DNA of 63,998 bases, filler included, from Stramenopiles sp. TOSAG23-6 (taxonomy: Eukaryota), in the NCBI GenBank assembly GCA_900128565.1. It is 8 parts of 8 records of this genome, joined end to end, with 100 filler letters (N's around TTAATTAATTAA, not from the genome) between each part and the next. Parts side by side here need not be neighbours in the genome. Positions count along the whole stretch, not along the records: positions 48,158 to 56,053 come from LT636502.1; positions 56,154 to 63,998 come from LT636509.1; 6 more parts are not named here. One strand, given 5' to 3'. The notes under the pieces are model-generated. The model saw only the letters and a list, made by a program, of their open reading frames with translations, had not been told where the DNA came from and searched no databases. How positions within the stretch are numbered: position 1 is the first letter of the stretch; each line of letters opens with the position of its first letter. Made by a program: the position numbers and the translations under genes. Positions 49,269-59,452 of the stretch are shown here, in pieces.

Positions 49269-52200
49269 ATGCCGAAGAAGAAAACGGCAAGTGCACTAAG
49301 GCGTAAAGCCAAGCGTGCGCAACGCTTTTCTGGTGGTGCTGTATCGATAATAGATGCGAAAAATGCTAAAAAGGTGCAAAAAAAGAAAGAGGAGAAGAAG
49401 AATCGCCGTGCTGCAGGAAAAGATTTTAGTAACTCAAGACATGTTACAAAAAAAACAAAACACACCTTAGCAAAGGGTGCATCTAAAAATTCCAAAAAGC
49501 AATGGAAACAAAATGTTGGTGTACGTCAATCATCAGGTTCTGCTACTCTTGATATGAATGATGAAAATGAATATGAAGTTGGAAGTCGTGAGCATGCGGC
49601 CAAAGTTGCTGCAGAAGTTTTAGCTCAAGAAGAAGCTGACCTTGCTCCGATGGATGAGGAATATGCAGAGTATTCATCATTTCTTACCCAGATGAATCTT
49701 CCTGAAGTAGGAGAAAATCAGTCTAATTCTAATAGAAAGAAAAAACGCGACATAAAAAAGAGGAAGCACTCTGAAGTATCCGTTGGTGATGCCAAGCTTC
49801 CAGTAAATGATCACGTTAATAGTGACGACGCTTCCGTCAACAATGGTTATGATAATACTGCGAATAAAGAATACATTTCAAGTGATGATTGTGACGTGGA
49901 TCTTTCATCTGATGAAGATGGAGAAAATGAAGAAGCAGAATTTGAATTGAGTCGTCGACGTGTTCCAAATAACTGGAAAGATTGTGGTGATGAGAGGGCT
50001 GAGCGACTTCCAGTGAGAGACGCTGTAACTGGTAAAATGGTCATACCAACAGCTAAGCTTGATTTAGGGAGTTTAAGTCGTCGTGAAATGGCCCGATTGG
50101 CCCAAAAAAAACAAAATATATCAAAAGACTCCATTGAAGTCGATTCCACTCAGAAAGATAATGATGAAGTTGTTGACAATGATAAAGTTGTTGATGATAC
50201 AGTAGAAGATATAATATCTGATAAAATAAGTATTAATACTGAAATCAAAGATGATATAATAGAAACAACATTTACTGATGAAGAAATTTTACTGTATAAG
50301 AAAAAAAATCGTCGATATTTTCAACTTTATATTGCAGAGTTATGCGAATGTATGTTTTATTTTTTTTTTTTTGTATGAATTTTTTTTTCATACGAAATTT
50401 TGTACCTAACAATTTTTTTTTTTAAGAAAATTTTGAAATATTTTTCCAAAATACATGTATAATTTCTGATCCAACGAAAGCTGTTCGTTCTCATCATGGT
50501 GGTCCTTCTAAAATACAAAATCTATTAAAGATTTGTAAAGGTGAGACAAATTATGAATCAATTAGCTCTTCTGGTAATGATCCTACAACAATGAAAACAA
50601 TGAAAACAATGAAAACAGATACATATATTCAGAAAATGGCAATGCTTTCTCTGTACGTTTTCAAAATTTGAATTTTTTACCTATATATTTTTTCATAGTA
50701 AATTTTGTACCTAACTATTTTTTTTTATTTTCGGTAAAAAAAAAAAATATTTTTTATAAGATATGGTCGCTGTATTTGCAGATATTCTTCCAGGTTTTAG
50801 AATACGACTTCCCTCTGCTGCGGAAATGCGAATGTCAGTTACGAAAGAAGTCAAAATGCTTCGCGCAAAAGAAAAAGCCACATTAGATGTATATTCTTCA
50901 TTTTTGAAATTTTTGAGCCAGGAAATACATGGTCGCCGTCCAGTGGGACATCATGGAACGAACCGTTTTTCTGGACGATCTAAAAATGGAAATTCAGCTA
51001 AAGAAAATGTATTTTTTTTTTACAAAAAAATCGAATTTTTTTTCGTACGAAATTTTGTACCTAACAAATTTTAGTTTTTTTTTTACAAAAAAATCGAATT
51101 TATTTTTTATAGTAAATTTTGTACCTAACAAATTTTAGTTTTTTGTTTTGAAATATTTTTCCAAAATACATGAGGAATTTGCACAAGCTAAAACAAAGAT
51201 GCAAAAAGATCATAAAGCAAAACAAGGTCGAGGTCCTCTTTTTGTGACTGCAGTTCGATGTTTGTCTCGTTTGTTGGAAAGTCGACCGGAATTTAATTTT
51301 TGGGAGTCTTTAGTAGCTACACTTGTACCTCTCGCCGCAAACCGTAAAACGATAGTCTGTGAAGAAGTATGCCAATGTTTTCATCAGATGTTTAAGAAAG
51401 ACATAAAAGGAGAATTTTCAAGTGTAGCTGTCCGTTCAATTGGCAAAACTATGAAATCTAAAAACAATGTTGTTAGTAGTCATTTAATGAGATGCTTACA
51501 AGAAGCTAAAGTTTCGACTACAGAAAAAATAGTAAAAAAACGTAAACGAAAACGTCGAAGATTGGATGAAGTAGCTGCTCAAATGGAAGAAGCAAATGCT
51601 ACTGAAAATGCTGCGACAGTTGCTGCATTTCGACAAACGACACTTCGAGAGATTATGATCATTTATTTACGATGTATACGGAATTCTTGTGCAACCTCTC
51701 CTGCATTACCTGCTGCATTGAAAGGTGTCACTAGAGTCTGTCATTTAATGAATCTCGACATTGCAGAAGAAGTGATTGAACTGTTTCGTGGACTTTTGGA
51801 AGATCCCAAACTTCCATTGGAAAGTGGTTTGCAGATTGTATTAGCGACACTTCGAATGCTTCAAGGTCCTGGACGAGAGTTAGATGCTGATATTAGTACT
51901 TTCCTTAATTACGTGTCAGAGTCATTTTTTAGAGTTGGAAATATTTCAAGATTTTATAGTTGTGTAGAAACAGCTATTAATTGCGTTGATAATGCATTGA
52001 TGAAGAGGCGGGAAAGGCAACCTTCGCGTATACGTCAAATTGCAAGTCGAATTCTTGATGCTAGTCTTCAAATGCCTCCTCACTCTACTTTAGCATTACT
52101 CAGTTTATTTCGTAGTTTATCAGCGAGGTATCCTGCGCTTAAATCATTATTTCTAGCTCCTGAGAGTGATATTGCTAACCCTAACACTAATTTTTCTCAA

Positions 52201-52833
52201 AGAAAAAAACATGTGAAGAATCTTGTTGGTGGTGGAGGTGTTGGATTTGCTGCAGGTAGTCTAGGTGCAGCTGCTCTGAACTTTTGTTCGACAGGAGAAA
52301 AACAAAATCGAGGGATGGGTAAAATAACACAGAGGAATTCTGGAATTTCGTGTGGTGATTATTCAACTGCTTGGCATTTGTCTCTTTTGACTCAACATTA
52401 TCATCCTTATCTTGCTACTTTTGCTGCTGAAACCGTATCATGTGTAGATGTATTGCCGTCACAAGGATGGAGGAGAGTGATTAAAGCATATGATGCATCA
52501 GGTGGTGGTTTTAATCCTCCAATTAAAATGCCTGCAGCAATACGAGCTGCTGCTGCATCTGCTGCTACCGCTGGAGGTAAAAGTTTTAAAGCTGGAAAAT
52601 TAATAAGATCCAAAATGAAACTCATGCAAGGAAACAGTGATGGTCAACAATCTGGGCGTAAAAGTCGTATTGCATTAGCAATGAATGGTTGGGGTTCAAC
52701 CAAAAATACCAGAAATAGTGATTTTGGAAACAAGAAAAAGAAAGCTGTAGATTTGGGACTTTCAAACTTTTTCAGAGCAGAACATCCAAAGTGGAGAAAA
52801 GCTCGTCTTAATTTCTTAACAATGACAAATTAA
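49269..52833 (+). CDS. NOC3: nucleolar complex protein 3; family introns 50350-50456, 50653-50764, 51009-51171
   Basis: IAELCE|CIISDP, MAMLS|LVAVFADILPGFRIR, PEFNFW, LLTQHYHP. Confidence 0.88.
50653..50764 (+). mobile_element. introner-like GT-AT intron
   Basis: CT|GTACG..TACCTAAC..AAGATAT|G; restores LSLVAVFADILPG; the AG 4 nt upstream is out of frame. Confidence 0.85.
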
Positions 52834-53129
52834 AAAAAATATCATAATGTATATGTTTCTGTTAATTAAAATATTTATAACCATAATAGCAAACGTGTAA
52901 CCACCACAGACCAATGACGCAACAGGCGGATCTAAAGTAAAAAAAATCGCACTGGCTACTTTGATTTTTTGATTTAGAAAATTTCTTACCTGGCATAAAA
53001 TTCCGTAGTTAAAATATTGGTCAGCTGACCTGACGCGCATCTCCGTCAGTAGTCAGTTCAGTTCTCTTTGCGTAACTAATTGGTACAAACAAACATAAGT
53101 ATATTACCTTTTGATTGGAAAAGAACATT

Positions 53130-54656
53130 ATGACAATCTTATTCACTGCATGCGCTATGTTGTTGTTATTAATGATGATTGCTCTTGTCAATGTTTCACA
53201 AAATCTCGGTCTGGTGCTATCTCCCTCACCTCCCGCTGCTGGTAGTCTTGCAAACCAGCTTGCAAATCAATCTGTCGGTGCGCTACAGTTCATGAATAAC
53301 GATGGTACGATGCGCCATCTAAGACGACAATTTCTTACTCCGTCTGACATATCGTCTCTTTCCGCTACAAATAAAGTGATATATCAGACTATCAGTGGAG
53401 ATATTAAGCAAGAAGCGGAGTACTTAATAACGAAACTTGTCGCAATATTTCAAGAAAACACCACTGAAGAAGATCAAAAGGGAGAACTTACCAAACAAAT
53501 GAAAGAACTTACCAAAAAAACCCAAAATGAATCTTTATTGAAGTGGCTATACCGTGTTAAAAGAATTTACAGAATGTATAGAATGTTTTTTGAAAGTTTT
53601 AATCGCCTCAACGTAAAAATAACCACCCTCACAAAAAAGGGAAACGAAACCTGTGACGAATGGTTAAGCCGTGTAGAAAGTATTAATCGTAAGTTATTGG
53701 AAAAAGAAGCTTTAACTGCATTGTATGATAATACAAATGGGGATGGTTGGCAGCGTAAGATACATTGGAAGACAAATGCAGATATTTGTGAATGGGAGGG
53801 AATTAGGTGTACTGAAGAAGGAAGTGTTACTCAATTGACCTCGTATGGAAACAACCTAACTGGTTCAATTCCAAAAGAAATTGGGCAACTAACAAACCTT
53901 ACAATTTTGAACTTGGGTAAAAACGATCTATCTGGTTCAATACCAACGGAAATTGGTAAACTAACATATATCAAAGAATTGGCCTTGAATAGTAACCAAC
54001 TAACTGGTCCGATTCCAACCGAAATTGGTCAACTAAGAAATCTTGAAACATTGATCTTGTATAGCAACAACCTANCTGGTTCAATACCAAAAGAAATTGG
54101 TCAACTAACAAGTCTTAAACATTTGTACTTGNAAGACAACAAACTATCTGGTTCAATACCAACTGAAATTGGTCAACTAAAAAAGCTCGAAAGTTTGTAC
54201 TTGAATCGTAACAAACTATCTGATCCAATACCAAGTGAAATTGGTCAACTAAGAAATCTCAATTACTTGGTATTGAATAATAACAACCTATCTGGTTCAA
54301 TTCCAAGTGAAATTGGTCAACTAACAAATCTCAATTACTTGATATTGATTAAAAACAACCTATCTGGTTCAATTCCAACGGAAATTGGTCAACTAGTAAG
54401 TCTTGAATATTTGAAGTTGCCAGGCAACGAACTAACTGGTTCAATTCCAACGCAAATTGGTCAACTAACAAATCTCAAAGTATTGAACTTGGATAACAAC
54501 AAACTATCTGGCCCAATTCCAACAGAAATTGGTCAACTAACAAAACTCGAAAAANTGTATTTGAAAAACAACAACCTATCTGATCCAATACCAATGGAAA
54601 TTGGTCAACTACAAAATCTCGAATATACTTCCGGATTGGACAACTTGATCAACTAA
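53130..54656 (+). CDS. membrane-anchored or secreted leucine-rich repeat protein (plant-type 24-aa LRRs)
   Basis: LRRNT cap ALTALYDNTNGDGW..W..ICEWEGIRC and ~11 repeats of NNLSGSIPTEIGQLTNL. Confidence 0.92.
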   Translation: MTILFTACAMLLLLMMIALVNVSQNLGLVLSPSPPAAGSLANQLANQSVGALQFMNNDGTMRHLRRQFLTPSDISSLSATNKVIYQTISGDIKQEAEYLITKLVAIFQENTTEEDQKGELTKQMKELTKKTQNESLLKWLYRVKRIYRMYRMFFESFNRLNVKITTLTKKGNETCDEWLSRVESINRKLLEKEALTALYDNTNGDGWQRKIHWKTNADICEWEGIRCTEEGSVTQLTSYGNNLTGSIPKEIGQLTNLTILNLGKNDLSGSIPTEIGKLTYIKELALNSNQLTGPIPTEIGQLRNLETLILYSNNLXGSIPKEIGQLTSLKHLYLXDNKLSGSIPTEIGQLKKLESLYLNRNKLSDPIPSEIGQLRNLNYLVLNNNNLSGSIPSEIGQLTNLNYLILIKNNLSGSIPTEIGQLVSLEYLKLPGNELTGSIPTQIGQLTNLKVLNLDNNKLSGPIPTEIGQLTKLEKXYLKNNNLSDPIPMEIGQLQNLEYTSGLDNLIN

Positions 54657-55110
54657 AAAAGCTTGAATTTTTTCACTTGTATAACAACAACCTATCTGGT
54701 AAATTGGTGTTTATAAATTGTTACAACCAGATGCAGATATATTGTACTGTGACTTGAATTTGTTTTTTTAGAGTAAGTGAAGTCAATTTTTCATTTTAGA
54801 TGATTTTTTTTTAATGTTAAAAAATGAATTGAAAATATTTCTGTTGATCTTACATAATTTTAATGAATCTATCGGCTATCGCTCGAGATTCTAAATTTAA
54901 AAAAAATGAAATTGTACCTAAATTTGTAGACCCTAACCCTACTATTGACTATACTACTGACCTATAATTAATTCGAAAATACTATTGCTGGCCGCGGCCA
55001 ACATGGCCATTGGCCGCGGCACACTCACTTCAACCTTTCATTCATTGTCTCTTTCAAAAGCTTTTATAATTTAGGTAATTTTCGATTGTTATTTACCCAA
55101 TCCTCAAAGA

Positions 55111-55968
55111 ATGGATTCATCAAGTACTATAAACCAAAACCGCACAATTCTGAATGCATCAGAGAATGCAACTCTTGATCTTCTTCTCGAAGTTGGGCAA
55201 GGCCATCTTATTTCTTCGTGGCCAGCCCCAGGTGTTGATGACGACGGAAAGCACCGACTACTGTTACAGGCAAAAACATTAGACGAAAAGTACCCTGGAG
55301 GTCTTAAGACATATGTTTCAAATGCAAAACGTCTTCTAGAAAAATCACGCGTGGGCGCAAATCCATTTGAAGGGTGTAATCCGAGTGTTCCCAAAGGCGA
55401 GCGTTTGAAAGTAGGTACTTCTCAATTTCGAGAGTTCGAGAAACTCGGAAAAAGTGTTATTGCAGACATATGTTTTGTATTGGTCGCGGGTGGATTAGGC
55501 GAACGCCTTGGTTACAATGGAATCAAAATCGAGCTTCCAATTGATATAACAACAAATGATTGTTACCTTGGTCGATATTGTCAACATATTTTATCTCTAC
55601 AGGCACTTGCTCGCTCACTTTCTCAAACAAATGTTGAATTACCATTGTTTATTATGACTTCTGGTGACACACACGTAAAAACTTTAGCATTATTAAAACG
55701 TTTTAATAACTTTGGATTATCCTCAAATCAAATTTATGTACATCAACAGGAAAAAGTTCCTGCTATAGTTGATAATGAAGGTAAATTTACTGTGACTTCA
55801 GAAGATTCTTTTGAAATTGCAACAAAACCTCATGGTCACGGAGATGTTCATATGGTGTTACATACGAGCGGAGTTGCAAAAAAATGGGTCAATGAGGGTC
55901 GCAAATGGGTATTATTCTTCCAAGATACCAATGGCTTAGTATTCCACTCTGCGCTTGCAGCGATAGGT
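55111..55968 (+). CDS. USP: UDP-sugar pyrophosphorylase, 5' part; truncated at family intron (donor GTGCG, 55969)
   Basis: YPGGL..Y, FVLVAGGLGERLGYNGIK, IMTSGDTH, QEKVP, TKPHGHGDVH, FFQDTN. Confidence 0.92.
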
Positions 55969-56252
55969 GTGCGTTTTATTTTTTTTCAATTTCAATTTAA
56001 TTTTTTTTTCGTACGAAATTTTGTACCTAACGATTTTTTTTTGAAATATTTTTNNNNNNNNNNNNNNNNNNNNNNNNNNNNNNNNNNNNNNNNNNNNTTA
56101 ATTAATTAANNNNNNNNNNNNNNNNNNNNNNNNNNNNNNNNNNNNNNNNNNNNGNCAGAACTTGTTGTTTTACTTTTATGGCATCCAGTATGAAACATGT
56201 CGTATCAATAGAGTATACTAGTTGCAGATAGTAATTATTACAGTGCATCATA

Positions 56253-56762
56253 ATGGTAATACAGACATCATCTCTTTATGAATCTCTCAGAGTTTTGTCT
56301 TCTGCCGACATATCTAGTTTGAAGAAAGTTTTCCCCCAATATTCCAAACTTACGTTAGTTCCACCTCTGGTTTTCCTATGCTTGAGTGATCCTTTTATAA
56401 GTCCAACTGATGGTGACGTAAGGAAACTCGTCAACCAACTAGAGTGTATGGGTTTTGTGTCGGGAACACAGCTCGCTGATTACCGTGAGCAGTACATTAA
56501 ACTTTCTACTCCTGATTTTAGTCGAATAGAACACATTGAAATTTGTGATGAAATATTTCTTATCACCAAAGTTACTTCAGGTGCTGTATTTACGTCCAAC
56601 ATCGATACATCCAAAGGTGGTGGTTTAATTATCGTATTGACTTCTTCATCCGTTCTTTTAGTCTGTAGTTACCCGGGGGAAACACATGGTCGTGCACGTG
56701 TGGCCCTTGGTATGCTTGAAACAAAAATAAATTCTATAGGAAATAAAAGAAATAAAAGGTAA
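56253..56762 (+). CDS. hypothetical protein, C-terminus weakly profilin-like
   Basis: KGGGLIIVLT..VLLVCSY.GE..G pattern; 5' end uncertain. Confidence 0.35.
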   Translation: MVIQTSSLYESLRVLSSADISSLKKVFPQYSKLTLVPPLVFLCLSDPFISPTDGDVRKLVNQLECMGFVSGTQLADYREQYIKLSTPDFSRIEHIEICDEIFLITKVTSGAVFTSNIDTSKGGGLIIVLTSSSVLLVCSYPGETHGRARVALGMLETKINSIGNKRNKR

Positions 56763-56812
56763 ATTCAAAAAAATTATATTTTTTTTTAATCTACAAACTA
56801 TTTTTTTTAAAT

Positions 56813-58294
56813 CTACAAACTAATTTTTTCTCTCATCATCTGTACCCAACTAAGTACTCGTAATTGTATGGAGGCATCTTCGCCACAAACGGATACATAT
56901 AATGAGGCATTTTCATCTGTTGAATCTTTCGCTGCAACACTTGCTGCGAACTTTCGGCCATCGTGGCTGATCTTTCCTGAGCCACTCCCAAGGTTTGTAT
57001 TTGAACTATCATCAAAAAGTGTCAAACGACCCATCACCTTTAACGAAGAATCTTCTATATGTTGCACATTCTTTATATCTTCTATATTGCTTTTAATAAA
57101 TGCGTTCTCCGGGCACTCTAAAAATATCCCAGTGTTATCACTCCTGTGAATGCCAGATACTCCAAGTTTATTTTTTGAGAAATCATTTTTTGTACTATTT
57201 TTTGTGGTGCTTTCAGATGTGGTATTTTCTGAGCAACGCAATAACGTTGGAAATCCATGAGTTGTATCATCAATTACGACTTCATTCAATTCTCCAGTAG
57301 CGGCATCAAGTTCTAGATCTACCTCAACCGGTGCTGCAATGGAAACAACTACAGAGCCTTTGACGTGAGTAGTTCTGAGAGAACTCGAGCCACTCAGGCT
57401 ATCAAAATGAGCTTTAATACCACCGGTACCATTAGTTTCTGCAGAGATAGATCCCGAAATAGATCCAATATTCACATGTCCATCATTACATTTTGCCTCA
57501 CACGTACCTTGAACTGTACCAACAATTATATTACCAGATCCAATACTCGTTAAAGTTGATTTTTCAGAATATAATGCTGCCAAGTCTATTCCAGAGGCCA
57601 ATTTATTGGTTGCAGTAGATGACACGTAAACTTTTGGACCCATCAACAATTTCCCCTTTACACCGTGTAAACCACTGACAATGTCTAGATACCCTTCGAC
57701 TGCAGAACCTATGCGAATTCCACCAAGCGGTCCAGAATGAAGTTTGACTAAAGGACCTCTCAGCTTATTCACATTGATGCTACCAGTTTTGCTACACGCT
57801 ACTATTTCATCCCCCTCTATTTTGTCATGAACCGTAATATCTCCAGATGAGATGTCAATATTTAAGTTAAAATAAGTGGGTATCATAACTCTAAGAATAT
57901 TGTTATTAGTCTTTGTTTCGCTTACACTAGAAACTTTAGTATCGATACAAAGAACTTCGTTTTCGACTTTCCACTCTATCGGAATAGAACAATCACGATC
58001 TTTTTTACCACTCACGTCTACATGTTTTGCTTCTTCTTGGTATACTTCAATAACACACTCATCTTCCCACCAAGTTGGAAAAATTTCTACTTTTTGGAAG
58101 CAACCTTGATGGACGAAGTCACTTATTGACAAAGTACCTTGTCTTGCCACAACAACTCGTTCACTACATAACTGCTTCCATTCAGCACCTAATTTTGTAC
58201 TTGAACGAAGGTAGCTTGCAGAAGGATTATGAACAACTGTTGTAGATGCATTACGAATGGAAAAATTATTCAGACACTTTCGAATACCAAACAT
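56813..58294 (-). CDS. FAM185A-like (DUF4097 beta-solenoid) protein with mitochondrial-type presequence
   Basis: MFGIRKCLNNFSIRNAST; IPTYFNLNIDISSGDITV..KIEGD, repeated G-x-I-x-V strands. Confidence 0.6.
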   Translation of the reverse strand: MFGIRKCLNNFSIRNASTTVVHNPSASYLRSSTKLGAEWKQLCSERVVVARQGTLSISDFVHQGCFQKVEIFPTWWEDECVIEVYQEEAKHVDVSGKKDRDCSIPIEWKVENEVLCIDTKVSSVSETKTNNNILRVMIPTYFNLNIDISSGDITVHDKIEGDEIVACSKTGSINVNKLRGPLVKLHSGPLGGIRIGSAVEGYLDIVSGLHGVKGKLLMGPKVYVSSTATNKLASGIDLAALYSEKSTLTSIGSGNIIVGTVQGTCEAKCNDGHVNIGSISGSISAETNGTGGIKAHFDSLSGSSSLRTTHVKGSVVVSIAAPVEVDLELDAATGELNEVVIDDTTHGFPTLLRCSENTTSESTTKNSTKNDFSKNKLGVSGIHRSDNTGIFLECPENAFIKSNIEDIKNVQHIEDSSLKVMGRLTLFDDSSNTNLGSGSGKISHDGRKFAASVAAKDSTDENASLYVSVCGEDASIQLRVLSWVQMMREKISL

Positions 58295-59452
58295 TTTGCA
58301 AAGTGTTCCAATCGGCAAAGACACATAATAAAAAAGCTTGTTGTTGTTATGACGTCGCACGTGTGTGTCAAAAACACGAAATATGGGATTAAAATATGAA
58401 ATTTGAGATTCTTGGTGAAAGGAAGGCCATTTTTTATGTTTTGAATTAAGTAATGGTAAAGACTTTTTAAGTGGTGTAGATGAGTAAAAACTGTGTGATG
58501 AATGTTGAAATTGGGGTGTTATACAATCGCTCACAGTTAAATTAGCTTGCCGGTAGGTTTAAAACTATTTTCTATGTGGATGCATCTATCTAAGCTGGAA
58601 GAAATATGATGCCTGATTCAAGGTGTGTGGTAGGCTTTACGTATATATAACGTAAAATTAATATATCTATTTCGACGAATATGGTCATGAGTGGGGGAAT
58701 AATGATTATAAAAGACTAAAGACAAAAGAGACGTAAATAGATTTGGATGCGTAAGGTTGTACAAATCGAGTTCAGTTTTGTTTCCTCGTTATAACTTAAT
58801 ATACTTAATATAGCTTTATTCAATAAAATATTGAGTTTATAATAACTATATTTTCGAGAATGATCATAATTATGAGCAAACTTTAGTCAACTTTTTTCTC
58901 TAGGTGTTTTTTCTTCTGCTCTTCAGTTAGATATCGACTAGCTTTATTGGCAGCGTGGATTCCTAAACTCGCGTGCTCATCGTGGGTCATCTTTTCCGCA
59001 TTTTTGCTACTCATAAAAAAAAAGAGCAGTATTGGAAGTAATATCCAAATGAATCCGTTATCAACTGTCATGAAATTGTCTGTAAGGGTAAATTTGTTTT
59101 TGTTTTAACAAATGTGTGTGTTTCAAAAGATTTCCCCGGTCGTTTCTGCCTTGCCTTCTTTTAGATATAGTATGATATGAAATAGAAACGTATCTTTGCG
59201 CTTGCAGCCGCTTGCCTTGGCTTGCCTGCATCAAGATTTCGTGTCGTGCGACTCGTTTCAAAATATATTAAACAGCAGGTTTGTCAGAGTCAATCAATGG
59301 CCAAATTGAAATTGGCTCTCGCCACGCGTGTCTTCCTCCATTTTTTGACTACTCAAACGGAGCGAGAAGCCTAGTTTTCCCTGGGGAAGTATAAGTGCTT
59401 TAGAGGTGGCGACATTAGTCTCTAGTTATAAGACAGGTAGAATACTTTTACG

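Noticed and set aside
7937-56153. TTAATTAATTAA within N runs every ~8 kb
   Set aside because: Artificial six-frame-stop linkers; gene adjacency across them is meaningless.
58883-59261. Small TM ORF on the minus strand upstream of importin beta
   Set aside because: Plausible small spliced gene, but I could not build a consistent start and exon structure.
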